64,000 nucleotides of DNA from Podarcis cretensis. Lineage: Eukaryota. Where the stretch lies: assembly GCA_951804945.1 (NCBI GenBank), contig OX638154.1:57846001-57910000 (forward strand). Direction: 5' to 3'. This document shows positions 35,601 to 46,091 of this stretch, one piece after another (positions within the stretch are counted from its first letter, which is position 1; each line of letters begins with the position of its first letter). The notes beneath the pieces are model-generated. The model saw only the letters and a program-made list of their open reading frames with translations. It did not search any database and was not told the DNA's origin. A program made the translations under genes and the position numbers.

Positions 35601-38600
35601 TAAATATCCTTATCAAGTGGCTTGAAGGCAATTTTTACTCACACAGGAGACCAAGTGGCTATTTACAAGCCCTATACAAAGGTGTTGAAACAAGTCTCTA
35701 GTAATTTTGACTTCGTTTTGCTAAATGAAACCAGGTGCAAAGGTTTTTGGAGCATGTGGCCAAGAGTGAAATTGTGGAAACTGTTTGAAATGCTCAGTGA
35801 ACAGTAGTTGCCTAAACCTTTTAATTTATGTAAGAAGATGTGAAAGATGGAAGCAAACAGTGTTTCTCTGCCGATGGAAGGCATTTGTTATAGAACTAGA
35901 GGGCCGGCAATTCTTCCTCCCTGCCTTCTCCGCAAAATTTGCTGAGGTTTTGGGGAACCCCTTGGAGCAAATTTCTGGGGGTTTGCAGGAGGGAATTTAT
36001 TTCCTCCACCAATGAAGCAACAACAACTGAATTCTATTCAAAGTAATACAGTATTTAATTTTCTCCATCATTGTGTGTTTAGAAGGACAATAGGTAGCTG
36101 TCTTATAGAAGTCAGACCATTGGTCCACCAAGCTTAGTATTGCTGCTAATGGTGTCTCCAGGTAGGGCTGGAAAAGACTCCTGACTGAAACACTGGAGAG
36201 CCAATTCCCTAGAGCCAAGCTCTAGCAGCTATGTAGCTTAGGATGCAGGTTTAGCTGCTACTGAAGTAGAGTCATAGGGTGTGATTGATTATGATTACAT
36301 GTATGTTTATTTTAATTCCCAGTAAGTCTCTCTTCAAGATGACCAATCACAATAAGCATATGAGGAAAATAGTTGAGTCATAAGTACTGTGACCTATTTA
36401 TTTGTTTAAAGTATTTATTTCCTGCCCCTTCATTGTAAAAGCAGTGCTCAGGATATGAAAGAAACAAAACAAAATTGCATATTTTTATGCAAGCAAGATT
36501 GGGGAATATCACAGCAGGGTTGTGGGGTCAGTACAATAAAAGTGTGTGGAGTCAGTACAATAAACACATCCGTCCAACAGGCCAAACTTGCCCCAGAACA
36601 GTGTCTTCACTATGTACTAGACAATTATTTGGGTGAAACAAGCCTCCTTTGAGTAAGAACTTTCACAGCTTAGATGTGATCCCAAGAAGGTTGTCTTCCA
36701 CATCTCAACCAGGAACCTCTCTTCCACTGGTAGAACATAGAGAAGAATCTCTCCTGGAGATGTTAATGAGGACTGCTCTGATTGGAGGAGGCAGTCCTTT
36801 AGATTAAATAATAAATCTTTAGATAAAGGTAATTAACAGTAGCTGGAATTGTAAAGAAGTCTGCGCAAGTACGCTTTCCCAACGGAATATATATTGTATG
36901 TTTTTGATTAAACAAAAATAGCTTTTAAGAGCAAGACCCTAATTATATACAGACTTTGCAAGTTCCTGTCAATGGGACTTGCTTACCAGTACTTCAAAGA
37001 TTCAGTACTGGTAGGTTAAGCCTATTTTGAATAATGGGGAAATAATGGACTTTTGTAGAAAAAAGAATGCTTTGCTCTCAAACTCCTTAAAGGCATCTGG
37101 CCTCAGAAGGTCCGGCCTTTGTACTCTGTTTGTAGACATCTTTTTAGTAATAGCTGTGGAAATTGAGCTTCATTAAATGACCCATTTAATTTTTTTTAAA
37201 CCAAACCTTCACTGCCTCCATCTAATTAACTAAGAAGTTGAGTGGAAGGTTTGTTTTAGTTCAGTCTGTCAGCTCCTACAGTGAGATTGTACTGCTACTT
37301 TACAAATTATTTTTTTAAAAAACAGATTAGTTTATGTGCTGTGGAAAACAAAGCATGTATCCAGAAATGTAATAAAAGGCAGTGTGTGTTTTTGTCTTGG
37401 TGCAAATGTTAAGAAAGCTGGTCCATATGTCAGCTTCTTAGTGAGTGTACCTGAGGCAAGTACTCCTGCTGCAAATTTTGCATAGTGTGTATGTGGGGGG
37501 AGGATAATTCCTGTCTGGTTCACCTCATACAGTTATCTGTCACATTTGTTTCAGTTGAGAGGAACAGCTGGCCTAGAGGTGCTGTTTTTACTGCAACTGG
37601 TGCTTATAAACTAAAATAGGAGGTCCTATATATTTTTTGTGTTTGCATACTGTTGTGACTTCTTGGATAAGCATTGTTTACTTTTTGTGGTCCATTACTT
37701 TCAATTGCTTTAGTGCAGATCTAGGCCAGTACAAAAGAAGAAGGGTTAAATGCATGTCTCAAGCACAATAGCTTTTGTTTTGTCACTGGAGTGGCAGATG
37801 GGAAACCAGAATCTCTTACATTCCCGCATACATTGACTATGGGGGAGAGGCATTTACCATCAGATGATGATCTTAAAATTAGACTTCATTTGAGTCTGTG
37901 CTTCTTGAGTGTTCTGTAATAAAAAGCATGTTTATTGTATCAATGCACTCTTAAAATTTTATACAGATGATTACATTTTGAGCTAATGTATGCTGTAGAA
38001 TCATCTTCTAAATTGACTGAAATTCATATAAATATATGAAGTAAACCTATGAATTGGTTGTATTTTGCTTTATTGCACAGTATTCAAATACATCAATTTT
38101 CTAGATACGTTAAATGTCTCTTCTGGTATATAGCCTTTTTTGTTAGAACATCTGTAACTGTCAGAAACCGCTGTGTTGATCCCCCCCATAATATAGCAAA
38201 CATAGAAATCCGTAATGTTCCCTGTAAAAGGCAGATCAAAATACTGTACAAATCTCCTAATAGCTGTGCCTAGCTATGAATGACACTTCCTCGTTATAAG
38301 CACTTTCATATTTTCTGATTTCACTTTGCTGTGTCAAAATTTTGCTTTGAACTCACTCCTAGCTGTGTTCACCTAGCTGGCTGTACACTGTTTGGTATAC
38401 AATTACTATGTAGGATCAGTAGGATGAAAGCTTGTTTAGATGTTTAGTTGTCTTATGTTTGCAGTACTGTTCGCACCAACATTCAAAAATTCATAAGACT
38501 GAAGTTAATTATTCTGCATCTCCCAGTCCTTACATCGCTCCCTGTCCTCCTATTCATTCTGCTATTAAATTGAGAGTGAAGATGGCATAATGATTCTTTT

Positions 38601-38953
38601 GTGTTGTTTATCTCTTCACCTTGTTGTCATGCTGCCATGCCCTTTTGCTGGATATTCTGCATCCTTGGTGTACGTTGGCTCATGGGACTATTGGGTCATG
38701 AATAATCTTCATGAGAAGAAAAGTTTTATGTATATGCCTGCTGCACATTGAAACGCCAAAATAAGCCATTTCCCAGATAGCCTTTTAGTAAAATGTCTAC
38801 TCACCACAAAATATGCACACTACTCAACTTATCACCACTTTGGCATAACATCCATCACTCATTTTCCCTATATAATTGCAGTTTGCTCTACTCATGCTTA
38901 ACTCTGATCTAATTTCTCTCCACCTCTCCACGTTTGGTCTCCGTAATTATTGA

Positions 38954-39080
38954 TCATAGAATTGTAGAGTTGGAAGGGGTGACAAGGATCATCTAGTCCA
39001 ACCCCCTGCAATGCAGGAATATTTTGCCTAACATGGGGCTCAAACCCATGACCTTGAGAGTTTCATGTTCTACTTACTGA
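38954..39080 (-). mobile_element. tRNA-Lys-derived SINE with CR1-type tail
   Basis: Reverse strand: degenerate tRNA-Lys(CTT) head, then GGGGGTTGGACTAGATGATC...CCTTCCAACTCTACAATTCTATGA. Related pieces lie at about 180-225 and 50165-50240. Confidence 0.7.
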
Positions 39081-39150
39081 GGAAGGGAGAACAATGTTGA
39101 AAGTCTCTATTGATGATGGAACCAGGAATAGGAAAAAGCAACACAAAATA

Positions 39151-39318
39151 CCGTATTTTTCGCCCTATAGGACACACCGGCCCATAGGGCACACCTAGGT
39201 TTTTTGGGGGGAAATAAAGAAAAAAATTTTAGTTTCCCCCCCACGCTACTCAGTGCGCCCCAGGCTTCGGGGTGCAGGCTGCTATCCGCAAGCCTGGAGA
39301 GCCCGGAGGGAACTCCCA
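39151..39318. mobile_element. Truncated relative of the 61061-61648 MITE
   Basis: TA|CCGTATTTTTCGCCCTATAGGAC terminus, GGGGGGAAATAAAG segment and GCTGCTATCCGCA unit are shared; second terminus not found. Confidence 0.75.
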
Positions 39319-40469
39319 AATCACACACACACAAGTTTGGAGAGGGGCAGGCCAAACAGCGCACCGCCATCTCCCTGCTTTGCTCGCTTGCTCGCCTCTC
39401 TCCCCAGCGCCACAGTCCCTTCTCCTTGCACTGAGGGAGGCGGCAGACGTGCATCTTTGCCTCAGAGCTGCTCCCCCACTACCACCTTCTGCTCCCATCC
39501 CTGCTACTACCTCTTCTCCCATGCCCTCAGTTCTGTGGTCAGCTTTCCCGCAAGGTGGGAAAAACCGTGAAGCTAGTCAATGCTTCTCAATTCCTGTTAC
39601 TGTCTTCTGCATGTGTCTTCTGCATGTGCGTGTGTGTGCATGCATGCATGTGTTTGTCTGTCTCCCTGTGCTATGACTCTGAATATAGGGGTGGGGGTTC
39701 CCCCTCCAGGGTCTGTCTCTTCTGCTTTCCCTCTCTATTCCACCCCATTCAGAAACTGACACGAGGTTCCATCCTTATTTCAGGCATCGTTATATATCTG
39801 TATATCACAGCATTTAGCTGGTATATCACGATGGTGAAAACCAGATATCATCCAGCCCTAGGGAAAGAACAGTGTGTAGGAATGAAGTGATTAGGGCCCA
39901 TTCCCATTGACATAATTTCTTGTTTTATTGTAGTCGGTGAATACACACAGTGGTTCTGTGGTGTTGAAAATGTATTTTTTGTAGTGTGGTGGGCACATAC
40001 CCACAGCCTCGTGGTACATCGTCAGGAGAAGAAAAGACTAAGGAGTAAACCCTACACCTATCTGGAATGGAGTCTGTAAGATGATTGAATAATGTTTTGT
40101 ACACCTCCTTCTGGCAACTCCTGCAGCCAAGCTGGTACCAAACATATTGCTCTGCTTTCCTTAGCAAGGCTGAGAGGGGGTCTTGTTGTCTGGGCAGCCT
40201 AGGACCTGCCCAGACTTTTGCCCTGGAGAAGTCACTTGGATCTGCCATTTTTAAAATGTCTGCAGGCATCGAAGTATGCCAGTCAAATTGATACTCCTGT
40301 TCTGTATGATTATTTTCCATTACACATTACACATTTGTATTTATTTGGTTTTGGTATTTAATTTCTCATGTCACACTATTAATTTGAGTCAGAGAGGAGG
40401 GAAGGTACACTAACCAGAGGGACAGTCACCAGGTGGCTTAGTTGAATGCTTCTGTGGAAAGATGTACAC

Positions 40470-40650
40470 CAGGGGTGTCCAAGAGACTGCGATCTACTCC
40501 CACTATAAATAAACTGGCAGTGATCTACCCATTGGATTTGACCAGAGCTGTTGAGCTTTTTTGGGGGGAGAGATCAGAGTAGTTGAGCTTTTTTTAGGGA
40601 CAGAGGTCAGATCGACCGGTAGATCGTGATCGACCAGTTGGACGGGCCTG
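40470..40650. mobile_element. hAT-type non-autonomous element
   Basis: Termini CAGGGGTGTCCAA...TTGGACGGGCCTG; 8-bp TSD ATGTACAC/ATATACAC (1 mismatch); internal GATCTAC/GATCGAC repeats. Confidence 0.78.
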
Positions 40651-41514
40651 ATATACACAATCTAGCAACAAGGATACATTGAAGAGCTCAAGTTGCAGCC
40701 CTCATGTTTTGCCATCTTCTGCGTACTTGTAGCAAAAACGTATTCCTAGTTATTTCCTTAAGACTATTTCCTCCATACTTTGGTGTTAGTCTCCAGCTAG
40801 TCTGGTAAAACGTTAATCCTATCACAGAAAACTTGGTTTATTATAATAAGAAAGTAATGTTTCCTAATGAAAGTGAGAACCACTATAGATTAGGTGCTAT
40901 AAGGTGCCCAAATCTTTTATTACCTGAGATGAATAAGTACAAATTTCTATTGTAGGCATAAGCAAGTGTTACCAGTTAAGCTAGTGAGAAAATGGCAAGT
41001 CTTTTCAAGTTTGTATCTAGCAACTTATTGTGATGCCTTTGTAGTCTTAGGGCTTGGTTACTCTTCTAAAGTTGCTTTTGACTGTGTTTCAGGAAGCACA
41101 TTTACACAAGGATGCATGGCCTCATAAAGAAACTAGATGCAGTTCAGGACACTGATAATAAACTAGTTTAAGCCCATCTTACCTCCTGCCTCTTCATGAG
41201 ATCAGATGTGTGCTGTCTACACCTTATTTGGGAAAGGATAGTTGATAGTTCATCTGTGTAACTGCTGTGGAGATTTGGGAGCATGTGTTGGAGACAGGGA
41301 ATAATTGGTATCTATTTGGTGGGGGGCTTTCTTTGGTGGCCACTTAAATGTAGTGGAGTGAAGGTTGTGTTATCAAATTGTTTTTAATAGGTTTCAGAGG
41401 GGGAAAATCTTACCCTAACTTGGATTTCAAGATGAGGCAGGCTGAAAATAGCTAAACTACATACAACTAATAGCTGCTTTAGGAATTCTAATGTGGTGTT
41501 TGTTTCATTTTTAG

Positions 41515-41619
41515 GATCAAGCAGAATATACAGATTCAATTCAACTAGCTGATTGGGCAGTGTATATCATGGATAGACATTGGTTCATTCGTTTCTTTAT
41601 GCATGTGTAGGAGAAAAAG
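41515..41619 (+). other. ZFYVE9: ZFYVE9 leader exon 2 (105 nt, upstream of main start)
   Basis: Acceptor tttgtttcatttttag|GATC and donor AAAAAG|gtaaga are both strong; non-repetitive sequence lying between exon 1 and the ATG exon. Confidence 0.72.
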
Positions 41620-43430
41620 GTAAGAGGATGGCAAATGACAGTATACATCTGGAATATTTGAATTAAGAGAGCGCCTTTAAATTTGCGTCCTTGGTATGCT
41701 TCTTATATTGCAGTCCTAAACAGATCAGAAATTTATTTATTTATTGAGTTTCTGGCCTGCTGTTCCTTCTAGGGCAACAAACAACCAAGCAGGAAAACAT
41801 TTTTTTCACCCCAGAGCCTTCCACAATAAGAGTTATGAATCAGTCTAATTTCTAGTAATGTTTCTAGGGTGTTTTGTTTAAAGCAAGGACAAGGAAGCTG
41901 TGGCCCTCAATATATTGTTACTTTTATCATTGCTGGCCACAATAGTGTTCTGCAATAGAATCATTCATTTAAAAATTTAAAGTTTAGAGTTTCCTGTTTG
42001 TAAGAAAATTATTATGGGTGGCGACCGGTTTGGGCATGATTGCTGACGCGCTGGTCCTTTTGGACCCAGAAGAAGGTGGAGGGGTGGTGCACTTATATGT
42101 GCTATGCCGACGTACACAGCAGGTTAGAAGTGGATCGCCCACATGAAATGGTTGCCATCTGTACTGTAAATTTAACAACTTTTAGCTGTGCTTTTGCAGT
42201 AAATGGGTGCTGTGAATATTACATACGTACTAATCGGATTGTGAACTGAAGTGTATTTAAGGCCAAGTTTGCCTGCTTTTTCTTTAGACTTCTGGTTTTT
42301 TCCTTGAAACCTAGCTGTGGAATCAGGCACTGTCACTAAGTTCTTGATTTAATGTATTTTGGTTGCCTTCTCCAGCACAAATGTTTGTGGGATAGATTTG
42401 GGAGAAAGTTTTAGAAAGGTGCACATAACAAGCTAGCTTTTTTGTTTCATTTGTGAGGCTACATATATTGAATGACTGGGTTGTCTGGTTCATAGTCTGC
42501 ATGCAAGGCCTACAATTTTGCACACCAGCACAGACTTCTTCAATGTCTATTTGGATGGTGGCATTAAAAATTGCAGGCTTTGCTTCTGGTTAAATAATTG
42601 GTTGATCCCTTGACTGTGTGCAGGAACGGGTCAGTTGTGTGTACTACACTTTATCGTTACAGTGTTAATTTTAAAATTCTGTGTTCAGATTTCCTTCCCT
42701 ATATAATAAACACTGTTGTAAGATATTCAAATCTCTTTTAATTTCTATAAGGTCCTTGATCTTGAATAAGTCATATCAGTCACATTACATTTAAGACTTT
42801 AGTGTGAAATAGTATTACTTCCTTGGCTAATATGTTGGCTTGTTTTGAGTTGTTGTTCCAGTCCACCAGGATTATATGGTTGGCAAACCTTAGGCTAAAT
42901 GCTGTTTCCTGTCATGCATTAATCTAGGTTAGATACTGTAGATGCTGCAGATTCAAGAATTCAAAGCACAATAGACAAAATATTATTGAAGTAACAGGAG
43001 TCATCTTTTAAAATGTCCATTATATAATTTATTTGACTGAAATGGTCAAGAGCCCATACTATAGTAAAGCTCACAAGATAGTTTTGGACAAGTCAGTGAT
43101 TTTCAGTATAGCTTTGTTTCCTGTGGGGTTGTTAAATGTTCTGTGGAAAAGAAAGGAATATATATTTGTATAAAGTAAAGATTTCTGAACTGTCACATCT
43201 ACTCCTCTTTGCAATTATTGTTTCACCTCATCCATTCAAAACTTTTTTATGTAGAGATGGTTTATAAAGTTACTTGGCCATTGGGGAGTTACCAAGATGA
43301 TATATTTATTAGGTAACATCTCCCAATGCGTCCTTGTAGTTCAAATCTGTTATATGGATGAGAAACGACTGGTAGCATTCTTGGGTCAAGCATAGATATC
43401 GAGTTGTGTGTGTGGTCAGAAGACTGATTA

Positions 43431-43600
43431 CCATATTTTTCCGTGTATAAGATGCCCCCATGTATAAGACGCCTCCTATTTTTGGGGACTCCAAATTAAG
43501 GAAACACCCCTCAGCATTACCCATGTATAAGACAAGCCCCAATTTTAAACCTAATTTTTTGGTAAAAAAAACCCTAGTCTTATACACGGAAAAAATACAG
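43431..43600. mobile_element. Short mariner/Tigger-type MITE
   Basis: TA|CCATATTTTTCCGTGTATAAGA...TCTTATACACGGAAAAAATACAG|TA. Confidence 0.8.
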
Positions 43601-43694
43601 TATTTTTTCCTGATTTGATACTTTAGTCACTACTAATTGAAATCCTGCTGATTTCTGTCTGAGTTAGTAACTGGATGCAACCCTGAGCCTGAGT

Positions 43695-44215
43695 GCCCAG
43701 GTTTCTGCAGTGGCCAGGAGTGCATCTGCATAGCTAAAGCCAGTGTGCCAGCTGTGCCCATTTCTGGAGATATCTGATCTGCCCACAGTGACACACACCT
43801 TAGTTACATCCCATTTGGATTACTGTAACATGCTTTACATGGATCTGCCTTTGAAAAGTGCTAGAAAACTTTTAAAGGGCCCAAGGAGCTCCACTGGCTA
43901 CTGGTCTGTATCCGGGCACAATTCAAAGTGCTGGTTGTGACCTATAAAACCTTATACTGCTTAGGCCTAGGCTATCTAAAGGCCCAGGGTATTTTCCTAT
44001 ACAAACCTATCTGGGCTCTTGAGATGTTCGAGGTGGCCCTTCTCTCATTCCTGCCACGCTCACAGGCACCTTTTGTGAGAACGCCGGAGAGGCTACTCCC
44101 AGACTTTGGAACTCCCTTCCTGGTGAGCCTAGACTGAACTCTGTCCTTGTGGTCCTTCCTCTGGCAGGTGAAGATTGTTTTATTCCAGCAGGCCTTTGGG
44201 AGCTGATTGCTTTTA
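43695..44215 (+). mobile_element. L2-type LINE fragment
   Basis: Track ORFs read DLPTVTHTLVTSHLDYCNMLYMDLPLKS and VVTYKTLYCLGLGYLK, typical post-RT L2 motifs. Confidence 0.78.
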
Positions 44216-44890
44216 AGGAAAGGGTTTTTAATAGTGTTGTGCTGTTTTTACCGTCTGTATTTTAATAGATTTATTTTTTACATTGTTTTAATTCCATTGT
44301 TGTTTAATTACTTTTCAGCTATTGTTGATTATAACTTTTTAGCTTTCTGTGTTTTAGCTGTGCTTGTACAATCTGGACAAATCTAGTTTTTATTCTTTTG
44401 TCTATTTATTCCCCACCTTTCCCCCCAAAACCAGGGCTCAAGGCAGCTTACAAAAATTAAAACAACACTAGGCGATGCAGAAGGTGGGGTCTAGATTAGG
44501 ACTGATGCCACCGTGATGGCACTGGGGCTCGATGAAGATCCAGTAGATCCCGTGCTAGCTCAGTGCCCTTCCCCCTCTCCCACTAGAGCACACACACCTG
44601 ATCTGGTGGGTAGAATGGGGGAGCTCTGCTTTGGTAGAAGGAGTAGATACTAATGGAGGCTGGCAGTGTTAGGCAGTAAATTGGTTTCAGTAGTTGATAC
44701 ATATTAATTTTGTTTCAAAGTTATTAATAATTGCCATTGTGAAGCCCACTGAATGTGTTCATTTAGGAAGTCCTGCAATGTTTCATATTTTACATAGGAT
44801 CTTAGTTTTAATGGATACATAAAAGAATAGATTGGTACATTTTCTATCATCATGCCAGTCATCCTGCTGTCATTTAACCAAATTTATATA

Positions 44891-45131
44891 CAGTGGTACC
44901 TCGGTTTACAAACTTAATCCGTTCTGGAAGTCCGTTCTTAAACCGAAACCGTTCTTAAACCAAGGCGCGCTTTCCCTAATGAGGCCTCACATTGCCGTTG
45001 CCCTTCCACCGTTCGGATTCCATTCTTAGACAGAGGTAAAGTTTGCAAACCAGGACACTATTTCTGGTTTTGCGGAGTTTGTAAACTGAATCGTTCTTAA
45101 ACCAAACTGTTCTTAAACCAAGGTACCACTG
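44891..45131. mobile_element. Tc1/mariner-type MITE, sister family of 8971
   Basis: TA|CAGTGGTACCTCGGTTTA...TAAACCAAGGTACCACTG|TA. Confidence 0.85.
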
Positions 45132-46021
45132 TACTACTCAACTCAAACAAGAACTCTCTAAGTTGCTTACAAAAGACTTTTATTTCCAAAAGTTAGCTAA
45201 GAGTGTGATTCCAAGTGAGTTGTAGGTTGGGGTGTGAAGTGACAGATTGTATTCTATTTTTAATCCCATGTTGGCTAGCACTGGCAAGGTTGGAGGTGTA
45301 AGGACAGACTTGTCTTCTTCTTGGCTCCCAGGGAGCCTTTTCTTTTTTAAAAGAATCACCCCATTGGTTCTAATGGAGAGGGAAATTAGATATACCAGTT
45401 CCAGAGTGGCATGGACGCAGACCTGATCATGTCTCGGCCAGTCATACTCTGCCCTTGGAGTGCCTTGTTTCAGGGCCTAACATTGATTACTGCTAGTGAA
45501 AATAGAACTGTGCCTATGGAGCTTTCCCACATAACGTCCCCCCTCCCCATTGGAGACATCTTCACTGCCATCAGAGGGGCTCCTCCATGCAACCCTAACC
45601 CCTTCCATCCATTAGATCTGTGAGTTAGGTTTCCCCTTCCCGTCTTTAGAAAGAAAAGGAACAATATGATTTTATTAGGGTTTTAAAAAATAATAATAAT
45701 AATACTTGCAGCAAATAACTGATAAAACCAAAATAAATCCTTAAGTCCCTTCTTAGTCTAGAAGGCTTCTAATTTATTTGTATATCTGGCTGATATGGAC
45801 GAGGTATTAGGAATTAGAGGATCAATACAGTTTCATCATCACAGTTTTGTAATACTGGGAAATGCTTTTGATTTTATAGGAAATAGTCAAACTAGCTTAA
45901 ATTTTAAGCTTGGTAATAATCTCTAAATCTTATGATGGGACATTGGAATATTGCTAGAAGTTCATAACTGGCTGTCTGCTTGACAGGTTCAGACAAGGAG
46001 CTGGGTGGCATTTCCTGACAA

Positions 46022-46091
46022 ATGGAGAACTATTTCCAGGCAGAGGCTTTTAACCTTGATAAGGTTTTAGATGAATTTGAACAAAATGAAG
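46022..46091 (+). CDS. ZFYVE9: ZFYVE9 (SARA) first coding exon (exon begins 45987)
   Basis: MENYFQAEAFNLDKVLDEFEQNE-D is the SARA/endofin-type N-terminal helix; in-frame TGA two codons upstream; G|gtgagt donor. Confidence 0.96.

Noticed and set aside
36517-36563. Short direct repeats (also about 21008-21036 and 59237-59266) as CRISPR-like or regulatory arrays
   Set aside because: Only two copies each, with no spacers and no cas genes in a vertebrate intron; ordinary slippage duplications.
42036-42250. C/D-box snoRNA (ATGATT...CTGA)
   Set aside because: C box is imperfect, there is no terminal stem, and I can identify no rRNA or snRNA antisense element.
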